From a virus (taxonomy: Duplodnaviria > Caudoviricetes), in the IMG/VR virus record IMGVR_UViG_3300021090_000029, positions 1 through 51,466 of that record: 51,466 bases of DNA; one strand, 5' to 3'. The notes under the pieces were generated by a model. It did not search any database. It had not been told where the DNA came from and saw only the letters and a list, made by a program, of their open reading frames with translations. The position numbers and the translations under genes are program-made. Below are positions 20,120-29,561 of the stretch, piece by piece. Positions within the stretch are counted from its first letter, which is position 1; each line of letters begins with the position of its first letter.

Positions 20120-20386
20120 GTGCGAACAATGTGGTTCCTGATCGGCGCGACACTAGGGATGGCAAGGGAGTTCCTTTGCATAAAATATCAGAAGGCGGTT
20201 ATATCCCGGTCGCGTGTGCGGGGCTCACTCGCTTCTTTGGTCATTGGTCTTATGGACTTGTTTGTAGTGGCGAAAATAGCGGAGGCCATGGTGGATAAGA
20301 ACATTTGGGCCTTGGCCGGTCCGCTTGGGTTAATCGCCGGGGAAACGATCGGTGCGTTTGTGGGGATAGGGAGTAAGGGAAAATGA
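20120..20386 (+). CDS. small membrane protein
   Basis: Hydrophobic segments, G..IG...G motif. Confidence 0.55.
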   Translation: MRTMWFLIGATLGMAREFLCIKYQKAVISRSRVRGSLASLVIGLMDLFVVAKIAEAMVDKNIWALAGPLGLIAGETIGAFVGIGSKGK

Positions 20387-20802
20387 CAGAAATGATTGCT
20401 CCGTATATCTCGCGGACCGAATACGAATGCCCGCATTGTCATGCCCTGCCCCCGGACTTTACTGACCGGTCGGCTTATGCCATCCTCTTTGAGGACTTTA
20501 GGTTGATTCGGGAGAAGTGGGGCAAGCCGATTGTCATCACGTCCGGGTATAGGTGCCTAGAGCATAACAAAGCCATCGGCGGAGAGGGGTGTTCGGTCCA
20601 CGTGTTCGGGTTGGCTTTAGATGTAGCGGTGAAGGCGGGGACGCAACAAGAGTTCCGCGATTTTGTTAGATTTTTTAACAACGACATTCGGATAGGGTGG
20701 AAGCGGTATTTGGAGACCGGGATACCGATATGCCATTTGGACGTAGGGTATTGCATGTATCCGCGCCCGTCGTTGGCGTTCAGGGATGGTGTGGAATGGT
20801 AG
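20383..20802 (+). CDS. peptidase M15 endolysin
   Basis: E..C..C, ITSGYRC..HN..IGG...S.H..G.A.D, HLD. Confidence 0.85.
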   Translation: MTEMIAPYISRTEYECPHCHALPPDFTDRSAYAILFEDFRLIREKWGKPIVITSGYRCLEHNKAIGGEGCSVHVFGLALDVAVKAGTQQEFRDFVRFFNNDIRIGWKRYLETGIPICHLDVGYCMYPRPSLAFRDGVEW

Positions 20803-21335
20803 AAGAAGTAAGGATTGATTGGGCCAGACTAGAGGCCCCGCTTTGTCATTTCAGGTTTTGGGTTCCCGGCAATCTTAACAAGGCCGGGATCGTAGCTCAG
20901 AAGTTGTGTACGGAATACCTTTACACACCTGACGAAAACAGGCAATACGGGATAGCCCTATCCAAGACCCTGGCTTGCCTAGAGCAGGTCAATGTTACGG
21001 GGCTACATCTTGCGTATGAAACGGGTGACTTTGGCGGGGTCCTTGTTTTTTCCGATATCGTTCCTGGGTTCACGTGTCACGTGTCTTGGAAGATTTGGGA
21101 TAAGTCGTTATGGACTCCTAGTTTCGTCAAAGAGGGGCGAGCATTAGTGGCCTCCGTTATGGACGCATTTAAATTGGAGAAGATGGAATCGGAGACGGCT
21201 GACCCCAAGGTGGCGCGGGTAGCTAAATTGGCCGGGTTCTCCATTGAGGGCGTAAAGAAGAAAAGTTTTAGGTGGGACGGGAAATTATATGACCTAATGA
21301 TGCTTGGCATGGTCAGGGAGGGTGGAAATGGCTAA
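20796..21335 (+). CDS. GNAT-fold acetyltransferase-like protein
   Basis: A...GF..EG.......DG..YD..MLG motif. Confidence 0.65.
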   Translation: MVEEVRIDWARLEAPLCHFRFWVPGNLNKAGIVAQKLCTEYLYTPDENRQYGIALSKTLACLEQVNVTGLHLAYETGDFGGVLVFSDIVPGFTCHVSWKIWDKSLWTPSFVKEGRALVASVMDAFKLEKMESETADPKVARVAKLAGFSIEGVKKKSFRWDGKLYDLMMLGMVREGGNG

Positions 21336-21819
21336 TGATGGTAGTATGGGATTCTGTAGTGGGAAACCGATTGAAACTTCCCCTGGTGTTCCAAAAGATG
21401 TTATGCCGCTCAGAAAGGACCTCATTAAGACCGTCCAAGAAATGGCGGCACGCGGGGCGACCCCGTATTACGGGAATCTCGCATCTAATATTAACCCCTT
21501 AATGGAACAGGCCGCTAACTATTATTCAACTCGCATGGGATATGGCCCCTACAAGCGGTCGTCTCCTATTCAGGGCGGCGTAATGGGAGATTGGGGCGGG
21601 AAAAATGTGACCGGGAATACGACTACCGGTGGTGTCCAGACGACCGGGAGTGGGTCCAGGGCGTTCACCACCGGGGGGCAGGGAGGGCTTGTCGGCGGGT
21701 CAGGTGGAGGCGGAGTAGGGAAGCCGTCGTATGTTGGTCAGGGGGCGACGGGTCCAGCCCCGGGGATAAATCCTCAAATGATGGCCCTTCTTTCCATGCT
21801 CCTGGGTGGACGACAATGA
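21328..21819 (+). CDS. internal virion (ejection) protein, putative
   Basis: Gly-rich, follows GNAT gene as in P22-like layouts. Confidence 0.55.
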   Translation: MANDGSMGFCSGKPIETSPGVPKDVMPLRKDLIKTVQEMAARGATPYYGNLASNINPLMEQAANYYSTRMGYGPYKRSSPIQGGVMGDWGGKNVTGNTTTGGVQTTGSGSRAFTTGGQGGLVGGSGGGGVGKPSYVGQGATGPAPGINPQMMALLSMLLGGRQ

Positions 21820-22037
21820 CGGACTATTTAAGTCAATACAAAATCTGGAACACGCCCATTAAGAACCGGACGCAGACGATGTTCACTCGGTTCGTCCAGA
21901 TGCCGCACGGCGAGACCAGGACGTTCTTTTCTGATTCTCAGGAGGATTGGAAGCGGCGGCAGGACCTATTCAAGAATTACAAGCTCAAGACGAAATACGA
22001 TCAATACTTTGAAAACGCAGGGGGTGAGTCATGGTAA
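21816..22037 (+). CDS. hypothetical protein
   Basis: ATGA-coupled 73-aa ORF. Confidence 0.5.
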   Translation: MTDYLSQYKIWNTPIKNRTQTMFTRFVQMPHGETRTFFSDSQEDWKRRQDLFKNYKLKTKYDQYFENAGGESW

Positions 22038-22576
22038 GTTGGGACGCTCTTGGTCAAATGTATCCTGGTCAGAGTGGTCAGATGCCAGCCGGGCAGGGCG
22101 GCGGACAGGCCGCAACCGGCGGGTATCCGTATCCTGGCGCGGCGTGGTCTCCGTATAACCAGCAACAGCGGCAGGCTCCTACCGGCCCCGGATATCCGGG
22201 TCAGACGGATTGGTATAACCCCGCAAAGATGGGGCCTCAGAACCAGGGATTTCAGGGGCCTCCGCAGGGCGGGTTTCAGACTGCTCCTGGCGGTGGTCCG
22301 GGTGGTGGCTATAACCCTGCCCAGGTGCCGCAGATGCCCTACCCTGGCGGACAGCCTCAAATGATGAATCAGGTTCGCCAGCCCGGACCTTTCGGAATGC
22401 CGTATCCCGGGGCTTCGCAGAATCTGTGGGGAGGGCAGAGGCCTCAGGCTTTGAATCCTTGGGGCTATCAGCCGCCTCGACAGTCCAATCCGTGGGGTGT
22501 CGGCGGATATGCTACCGCCCCGGGCGGGGGTTCGATAGGCGGTTATGACCCTAGATTTGGTCCTCAAAACGGGTGA
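22031..22576 (+). CDS. Gly/Gln/Pro/Tyr low-complexity protein
   Basis: 181 aa, almost uncharged. Confidence 0.6.
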   Translation: MVSWDALGQMYPGQSGQMPAGQGGGQAATGGYPYPGAAWSPYNQQQRQAPTGPGYPGQTDWYNPAKMGPQNQGFQGPPQGGFQTAPGGGPGGGYNPAQVPQMPYPGGQPQMMNQVRQPGPFGMPYPGASQNLWGGQRPQALNPWGYQPPRQSNPWGVGGYATAPGGGSIGGYDPRFGPQNG

Positions 22577-22579
22577 ACC

Positions 22580-23764
22580 ATGGCCTACGGATATAATCCT
22601 TGGCAAAAGGCTCCGCCCCAAACGGGGCAGAGTTATAATCCTGCACAGGGTCCGCAAAACGTCGGACAGCAGGGGAACGTTGGAGTCAACCAAGATTGGG
22701 GCCAGCAGTACGATCAGTATTCTACTTGGAATCCCGGCCAAGATTGGCTTAGCCAATACGGAAATGACACCTATAACATTACCGATGAGCGGTGGTTGAA
22801 TAGTGGTGAAGCGGCGGCCAATAACATTCGTCAGAATTGGTGGCACAATACTAATTGGAACCCGATGGGCGGGGGGTCAGAAACTAGCGTCTATCATCCC
22901 TATTATGGCTGGCAACCTTATGAGCAGGTGGCGGACTTTTACAGGAGCGCCCAGGGTCCGGTAACGTGGGATCAGTTTACAAATACCGGATGGAGTCCAA
23001 ACATGAATTTCCCAGGATGGTACGAAGGCGGCGCTGGTGGCGCTGGCGGCGGAGGGAGCGAGTCTGGCGGGGGAAATGTTATTGATATCGCAGGGATTGA
23101 TCCAAAAGAAGTAGATACGTCTGGGGTGGTTGGGACCGATCCAAACGAATGGTATGGGACAGAACAGGGTCAAATGCAATACCCGTGGGCGTGGGAACAG
23201 GCGAGTGGTGTTCTGGGGCCGATGTCTGAAACCGGGATGCCAGCAGATTGGGACCCTTGGTATCAACAGGCCAAGCAGGTAGCTCAGACCGATATTCAGG
23301 ATCAAATTTCCCAGGCCGCAGAACAGGCCGGTCTTAGTGGTTTAAGATGGTCAACGCCGCTTGGAAGATCGGCCCAAGATATCGCCGGAAGAAGGATGGC
23401 GGAGTTGGGCCAGGAGTGGACTTCTCAGCAGTTGGGCGCGCTAGAGAACGCCAGGGGACGACAATTGCAGTCCACGGGGCAACTCGCCGGGCTGGGACAG
23501 AATTACGCTGATTATGAGAACATGTTGGCTCAGGGGGCGTATCAGACCGGGCAGGGTTTGATGGGCGCGGAGCAGGGTATTTATGACAAGCAGATGCAGG
23601 AGTTTATGAGACTTGCGGCAGAAAACAACCCCTGGCTTAGTATGCTTTTTCAGCTTGGGACCGGACAGGGGGTGGCCCAGCAATATCAGCCTAGTGTCAT
23701 AACTCAGATGTTGGGGGGGGCAGGAGCAATCGCGCCGTTGGCCGGGCTTTGTGGTGGGAAGTAG
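22580..23764 (+). CDS. internal virion/ejection protein, putative
   Basis: 394 aa; Q/G/W-rich N-half and helical C-half. Confidence 0.65.
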   Translation: MAYGYNPWQKAPPQTGQSYNPAQGPQNVGQQGNVGVNQDWGQQYDQYSTWNPGQDWLSQYGNDTYNITDERWLNSGEAAANNIRQNWWHNTNWNPMGGGSETSVYHPYYGWQPYEQVADFYRSAQGPVTWDQFTNTGWSPNMNFPGWYEGGAGGAGGGGSESGGGNVIDIAGIDPKEVDTSGVVGTDPNEWYGTEQGQMQYPWAWEQASGVLGPMSETGMPADWDPWYQQAKQVAQTDIQDQISQAAEQAGLSGLRWSTPLGRSAQDIAGRRMAELGQEWTSQQLGALENARGRQLQSTGQLAGLGQNYADYENMLAQGAYQTGQGLMGAEQGIYDKQMQEFMRLAAENNPWLSMLFQLGTGQGVAQQYQPSVITQMLGGAGAIAPLAGLCGGK

Positions 23765-23773
23765 GAGAATACC

Positions 23774-24091
23774 ATGGCAAACGACTTTTATAATCCTTTT
23801 ATGAAGGGTCCGGACTTCGCCGGAGGACTCAGCGGGGTTATGTCGAACCCCATGATTATGATGATGCTCCTCAAGAAAATGCGGGGTCAGCCGGGACAGA
23901 TGGGGGATACGCCGCTTGGGGTTCAGGGGATGGGTGGATTTCAGGGGACGGGTGCGAGGCCGGGGAATGAATTGATGTCTCAGGCTACATTACCGGGGAT
24001 GATGCAGGACCAGGAGATGACGCAGGGCCAGGGAATTGACCCGCAGATGCTTCAGATGATTATGCAACTCCTCCCATTGCTAGGGCTCTAG
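23774..24091 (+). CDS. Met/Gly/Gln-rich small protein
   Basis: 105 aa, AGGAG RBS. Confidence 0.6.
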   Translation: MANDFYNPFMKGPDFAGGLSGVMSNPMIMMMLLKKMRGQPGQMGDTPLGVQGMGGFQGTGARPGNELMSQATLPGMMQDQEMTQGQGIDPQMLQMIMQLLPLLGL

Positions 24092-24117
24092 CTAGATAGA
24101 TTATATGGGGGTGTTAA

Positions 24118-24984
24118 ATGCCTGTTAATGTAGGCTACAACCCGATGGACCCTGCTAGGTATCAATTATCTCAGCAGGAACTTCACCAAAATAAACTCCA
24201 AAATTTGGTGCAGACTTTATTGGCTATGCAGAAGATGCAGGAGGAGCAGGATTGGCGGTCAAGGGAATTCGACTACGAATCAGAGCAGGACAAGTTTAAG
24301 AATCTCTTAGACGAACGCCGTGTCGGGGCCTATGAACAGGCGGTTAAGCCACAGCCGGACAAGCCCAGGCCGTTGTCAGATTTTGAGACAAAGGTTAAGT
24401 TCTATGTTGACCAGGGGATGTCTCCCATAGAGGCGGCGGCTCGGGCGCAGGGGCAATTCCCGGACGTCGCTCAGCAGACAGTCATCCCTGATGATGTTGC
24501 GACCGCGATCGAAAAGAATATGCGATGGTCCGCCGGGACAGTTTCCGGGATGTCGAACGATTTAAAGAAATCTACGCTTGCCGAATATTTTGAAAGGTCG
24601 CGGCAAAAAGACCCCAAAGAGCCGACCCAGAAGCCCCAATGGACAGACCCGGCGCACCAGCAATATTCTCATATCGACAAGGTCTTGGCCGACTACGATG
24701 CTGAAATAAAAGAGGCGGTAAGGGCGCTTGGGCCAACGTCGGCCAAGGAAAAGAACCCTCAAAGACTAGCCTTGGCAAAGCAGATTAAGAACATGGATGG
24801 GGTCGTAACCTTTTTGAGACAGGCCCAGGGCAAGGTATCAATGGGCCAGCCCCTGTCTCCAGAGGAGTGGAGCACCGTTTTGAAAGTCCAGGATAAGAGT
24901 AAGGGCAAGAATCTCCCGGCGGAATGGTGGAACATGAGCGGGAATGTGCCACCGCCTCCACCCGGTTTTATCATTGATAAGTGA
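24118..24984 (+). CDS. internal virion protein, putative
   Basis: 288 aa helical; ends PPPPPGFIIDK. Confidence 0.65.
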   Translation: MPVNVGYNPMDPARYQLSQQELHQNKLQNLVQTLLAMQKMQEEQDWRSREFDYESEQDKFKNLLDERRVGAYEQAVKPQPDKPRPLSDFETKVKFYVDQGMSPIEAAARAQGQFPDVAQQTVIPDDVATAIEKNMRWSAGTVSGMSNDLKKSTLAEYFERSRQKDPKEPTQKPQWTDPAHQQYSHIDKVLADYDAEIKEAVRALGPTSAKEKNPQRLALAKQIKNMDGVVTFLRQAQGKVSMGQPLSPEEWSTVLKVQDKSKGKNLPAEWWNMSGNVPPPPPGFIIDK

Positions 24985-24988
24985 CCCC

Positions 24989-27900
24989 ATGTCTGAAGCA
25001 CCGCAAACAGCGACTGACCCCAAGACCGGGGAAATGGTGGAACTAGTCAACGGGAAGTGGGTGCCCGTCCAAACCGCCACAAACCCCAAGACCGGAGCGA
25101 GGGCGCACTACGTTGCTGGACAATGGGTAGAAAGCCAACCGGGGCCTAAAGAGGGATCATTCGCGTGGGAAATGGAAAGAAAGATGGCCCCTATCAAGGG
25201 GACCTTGGGTTGGTTGAAAAATGAATTCGGCAAACGAAGCAAGGCTTATGACGAGAATATGCCGCACGTCGATTTGAAGCAACTTGTGTCTGCCGAACAA
25301 TGGGAGCAGACCGCCAAGAACATCGGACCGAACCTAAAAGACGTGTGGCAGGGGATGGTTGTACAACCGGCCAAAACAATCGCCAGGGCCTTTACGGATT
25401 CTCCGAGTCCGTATGGTAGATATGCGTATTTGAAACCCCAGAGCGAGGCTCCGAGAGTTTTGGCGGAAGGCGAGCAATCACTTCAAAAGGAAATGGCCGA
25501 TCTCGGAATGGGGGCTCTGACTTATATCCCTCAACTTTTAGGTGAGGTTATCAAAGACCCCCTGAGGGCTATTCGTGAGAAGCCCGCAGAGGTTGCCTTA
25601 TTGCTGGCCGGGAAGGCCGGGAAAGTTGTAAAGTCCAGGCTTGGTGAAGCAAAGATAAGCGCCCTTAAAAGCGAACTTAGCAAGCGGGCGGCTAGTCAAG
25701 GGGCCGTTTCTGTAACTATGGAAAAGGCGGGGGCCGAGGCAGCTGAGGCCGGGGGTCGGGCCAAGTATCAAGCTAAACTTGAGGAAATGGCCAAGACTTC
25801 TCCTGTGGGAGAATCTTTCGCTGACCTTATGGATCAGCCCGAGATTCAGATTCGTGGACGAGGGAAAGCATTGCAGATTATCCCCAAAGACCCAGAGGGG
25901 TATTCCGTTCAACTCGACTACTTGCCGAAGGCTGACCCGATCATTCTTGCGGAGATTGACCCAAAGTTTGCCCTAGATCAAGCATTGGCGAAGGACTTTA
26001 TCCCCGGCACCAGCCCGGCCACACCGCCGCCATTTACCGAGTTGCCGTGGGACAGGGTTCCGCAGAGGCATCGGGCGGTTGATGCCAAGACGGTGGCCCG
26101 CCGGGGCGGGCTTGAGGCGCGGGGGCTATCCCAGCAATTCGTGGATGCCAACGGGAACAAGATCGTATTCGCCGATGCCATAAAAGCGGCGCGGTCCCGT
26201 CCTCCTGGGGCTCCTCCGCAAATGCCCGCTAATGCGCCCATCCCAAAGGGGGAAAGGGCCGTCCCGTATGCTTACGGAGCCCCGAAACTAACGGCTGATG
26301 AGATTGTTGCGTCTGGCGGGAAAATTCCCGTAGTAAGTGACGCAAAGTCCAGGGTCCCTGTTATGCTGGAAGAACTTGAGCCCTTTACGTCAGGCCGGGC
26401 ACAGGATATTAAATGGGGGCTTACGAAGGTCGGGGGGACTATTAAGTCGGTCCTACAAAACCCGTATCGGGTAACACAAAAATATGCCCCAATTCAACCG
26501 CTCATGGAGGCGTATAACGCGAGCACGGACACAATCGCCAGGGGCGCATTTCAACTGAAGGCTAGACTGCGAGAGTTTGAAAAGACTCCTGGTTTGCGCA
26601 AAGATTCCCGCAAGGTCCTCATGGCCCACATGACGGCGGAACAGCCCGGTGGGGAAATGGCCGTGAAGTTGGGCGGGCTAGAGCAGTATCTACAGATGCC
26701 AGAGAGTCCGTCCGAGGCCGCTATTCATAAAATGATAAAGGAAGACTACGCCAAAGTTGGCCCAAAGATCAATGAGGCCCGCGTTAAAATGGGGCAGGAA
26801 CCGATTCCCCTATTGGACAACTATTCTCCCTTTACGATTAATTGGGATATTCTCGACAAGGCCGACCTAAGCGTTCTTACAGACCCGAAAGATGTTATCG
26901 AAACGACCCTGCGGGAGTTTAACAAGCCCGTTGATACAATGAAATGGCAGTATGAGAAGCGGACGGGGGCACCGCCTGTTATACAAGACGCATTTAAGGC
27001 GTATGAGATGTACATGCGCCGCGCCAATACGATCATCGGCTTGGCCCCGACGGTCGCCAAGGGGGCGTCATGGCTCCATGACTTTACGATCCCAACCCCA
27101 GACGGGAAAGGTCAGGTTTTTCGGCTTAGGGAGAATTATCCAAACCTCCACATCTTTCTGAGATCGTGGGTAGATGCCGTGGCCGGGAAGCGGTATGGCT
27201 CTAATCATCCGTTAATGAAGGGCCTGGAGCATGGGGCGGATATCCTGAACCGCCATATTTCTAGGGCGGTCATGTCCGGGAACGTACGAACGACGATGAT
27301 TCAGCCGACTTCCCTTAGAAATAGCCTGGACAGCCTGGGGTATAAATATACTATAGAGGGGATGGTTGATAACCTTAGCCCGACCAAGCGCAAATTCGCC
27401 ATGGAGTATTCGGATGTTCTGAGACAGAGGAATAGCCCATATCTGTATGTCGAGGAATTAGATAGGACGCGATTCAAGACGATGGGGGATGTTCTGTTTA
27501 ACATCGGCAAGAAGGGGAGCATCCCTCTGCAGGCCTTAGACCTGGAGGCGGCCAGGGCTACGTGGCTTGGGGCGTATCGGCGGGCCATAGATTTAGGCAA
27601 AGACCATCGGGCCGCGTTTAAACATGCCGATCAGATTACGCTTCTCACGCAGTCGTCTGGGGCCGTCGGGCACCGCCCGGCCATCCAGCAGACGCCGACC
27701 GGGAGGCTCTTGACTCAATTCCAAAACTTCGGGATCAACGAATGGAATCACATCGTTGAAGAAGTATTCGGAAAGGGAACGCATATTTCCGGGCTGGCCC
27801 GGGCCACGAACATCGTGCGGTTCATTACTGCCACGTCGCTGGTCAATGCCGTGTTCGAGGATGTCCTTAACGTCCGTTCCCCGTTCCCGAATCCCATGGG

Positions 27901-28279
27901 GGCGGTCAGGGATTATTGGCAGGGGCAAGAAGACCCCTCTGCTTTGGGGGCTATCGGGGCTGGGCTAAAGGAAGCGGCAGAGACCGTCCCCGTGGTCGGA
28001 GGAGCAATTCGGTGGTCAGATGCCCGTGGGAGAACATCGCTTCCGGCCGCCGCGCAGACCGTCTCGGACCTCTTTACAACCACCGGGAAAGTGCTTTCTG
28101 GTAAAATTAAGCCGAGGGACCTGGAAGTTCTATTTAAGATCGCTGGGGTCCCCATGACATCCCAGGCATTCAAGACGTTCAGCCGTCTTTCTCAGGGTAA
28201 GTCTTTGTGGGAGGCGATTATAGGGACAAAGACGGAAATAGAAAAACCGCAGTCTGGTCCGTCATATTTCGTGAGATAA
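24989..28279 (+). CDS. large internal virion (DNA ejection) protein
   Basis: ~1096 aa; C-terminal A...A......TQ...GR..TQFQ.F pattern; position. Confidence 0.7.
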   Translation: MSEAPQTATDPKTGEMVELVNGKWVPVQTATNPKTGARAHYVAGQWVESQPGPKEGSFAWEMERKMAPIKGTLGWLKNEFGKRSKAYDENMPHVDLKQLVSAEQWEQTAKNIGPNLKDVWQGMVVQPAKTIARAFTDSPSPYGRYAYLKPQSEAPRVLAEGEQSLQKEMADLGMGALTYIPQLLGEVIKDPLRAIREKPAEVALLLAGKAGKVVKSRLGEAKISALKSELSKRAASQGAVSVTMEKAGAEAAEAGGRAKYQAKLEEMAKTSPVGESFADLMDQPEIQIRGRGKALQIIPKDPEGYSVQLDYLPKADPIILAEIDPKFALDQALAKDFIPGTSPATPPPFTELPWDRVPQRHRAVDAKTVARRGGLEARGLSQQFVDANGNKIVFADAIKAARSRPPGAPPQMPANAPIPKGERAVPYAYGAPKLTADEIVASGGKIPVVSDAKSRVPVMLEELEPFTSGRAQDIKWGLTKVGGTIKSVLQNPYRVTQKYAPIQPLMEAYNASTDTIARGAFQLKARLREFEKTPGLRKDSRKVLMAHMTAEQPGGEMAVKLGGLEQYLQMPESPSEAAIHKMIKEDYAKVGPKINEARVKMGQEPIPLLDNYSPFTINWDILDKADLSVLTDPKDVIETTLREFNKPVDTMKWQYEKRTGAPPVIQDAFKAYEMYMRRANTIIGLAPTVAKGASWLHDFTIPTPDGKGQVFRLRENYPNLHIFLRSWVDAVAGKRYGSNHPLMKGLEHGADILNRHISRAVMSGNVRTTMIQPTSLRNSLDSLGYKYTIEGMVDNLSPTKRKFAMEYSDVLRQRNSPYLYVEELDRTRFKTMGDVLFNIGKKGSIPLQALDLEAARATWLGAYRRAIDLGKDHRAAFKHADQITLLTQSSGAVGHRPAIQQTPTGRLLTQFQNFGINEWNHIVEEVFGKGTHISGLARATNIVRFITATSLVNAVFEDVLNVRSPFPNPMGAVRDYWQGQEDPSALGAIGAGLKEAAETVPVVGGAIRWSDARGRTSLPAAAQTVSDLFTTTGKVLSGKIKPRDLEVLFKIAGVPMTSQAFKTFSRLSQGKSLWEAIIGTKTEIEKPQSGPSYFVR

Positions 28280-28282
28280 GTC

Positions 28283-28516
28283 ATGAGCAAAGTTACGTCT
28301 CCCCTGGCGTTTATCATCTGGGCGGCTCTCCTGACAGGCGGGTTCATATTCGCGGGGTTTCACAAGGATGCCCCATTTGGACTATTTTCTGAATGGCTTA
28401 CGGGTGGATTGGTCTTTTATATTTCCCGCCGCCTGGGGAAGTTCTGGGTCGGATTGAAATATGGTTGTAAACAGCCGGAAAACGGAGTTATGAAAAATGG
28501 CAGTCCAATTGACTAA
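28283..28516 (+). CDS. holin candidate
   Basis: 77 aa, two hydrophobic helices, basic tail. Confidence 0.5.
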   Translation: MSKVTSPLAFIIWAALLTGGFIFAGFHKDAPFGLFSEWLTGGLVFYISRRLGKFWVGLKYGCKQPENGVMKNGSPID

Positions 28517-29129
28517 ACCTATTCTGATCGGGCTTGCGATTATCCTGCTTATTGTCGGCATCACGTCTGTCAACAAGGCGTGTAAACTTACGGATAAGGT
28601 TTCGTATCTTGGCGGAGAGCTAAAGATTCTTCGGCAGGAAGCCGCGACTCTCAAGAAAGATAAGCTAGCCGAGATCGCCAAAGCCGAACAGACAAAGAAG
28701 GACATGGACAAGATCGTCAAGGCCAAGGATACTGACATTGCCAGGAAGACCGAGATTATCAACCACTTGACCGGGACCATCGGCCAACTAGACGATGCCC
28801 TGGCCGTCGCCAAAACGGACGCGGAGAGGGTGATTATTCTCACGGCCCAGGTAAAACAATGGTCCGATAAGTTTACCTTGGCCGAGGGGATCATTGCAGA
28901 CAAGGATGATGTTATTTTTAGCCTGAATGCGAAATATGAAGCTCAGGTTAAGATTAGCAACAATTGGAAGGCTTTGTTTGATACGGAAATTACCAAGTCC
29001 AAGATACAGGAAGACTTGTCCTCCGCGCTCAAGCGGGACCTGCGGCTTTGCAGATTGGGCGGAAGGGTCAAGTCTGGGCTTGTTATAGCGGGTGTGGCGG
29101 CCGTGGTGTATTTCGTCGCCGCGAAATAA
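28497..29129 (+). CDS. spanin-like coiled-coil membrane protein
   Basis: N-terminal TM, long coiled coil, C-terminal TM. Confidence 0.5.
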   Translation: MAVQLTKPILIGLAIILLIVGITSVNKACKLTDKVSYLGGELKILRQEAATLKKDKLAEIAKAEQTKKDMDKIVKAKDTDIARKTEIINHLTGTIGQLDDALAVAKTDAERVIILTAQVKQWSDKFTLAEGIIADKDDVIFSLNAKYEAQVKISNNWKALFDTEITKSKIQEDLSSALKRDLRLCRLGGRVKSGLVIAGVAAVVYFVAAK

Positions 29130-29148
29130 GGGGGAGGGAGGACATGAA

Positions 29149-29400
29149 ATGGATTGGACACAAATAGGCAGTGCGGCGGCGGTGACAACCCTGGGGTTCT
29201 ATGAAGGGTGGAGATACTTCAAGGAACGCCGAGGCAGGAGAAAGGGCCTGTTAGGCAATCCTGCCAGATGCCAGGACCATGAAACAAGACTACGGGAAGT
29301 GGAAAAATGCACTATCGGCATTAACGCGGTTTTGCCGATGATAAGGGATGATATTGCCGAGATCAAAGAAAGCCTCAGAGACTTTAATCAGCGAACTTAG
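29149..29400 (+). CDS. membrane-anchored coiled-coil protein
   Basis: GGAGG RBS; N-terminal hydrophobic helix, HETRL..VE. Confidence 0.55.
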   Translation: MDWTQIGSAAAVTTLGFYEGWRYFKERRGRRKGLLGNPARCQDHETRLREVEKCTIGINAVLPMIRDDIAEIKESLRDFNQRT

Positions 29401-29561
29401 GAAGTCTCCTGAATCTGTCTCAGACACTACGGTTAAATCTGAGTTTGACCTAATGTTTGCCCCTGAAGACGCAGGGGAATGTCTAATCAAAACGTCCCTG
29501 ACAAAGCCCGTATTAAAGTCAAAGGTGTCTGAGGAGTTATCTGTATTAATGGAGATTTTGT

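Noticed and set aside
22001-22846. Long antisense ORFs (also 6460-7158, 8807-9445, 10598-11293)
   Set aside because: Shadows of GC-rich + strand genes; no recognisable motifs
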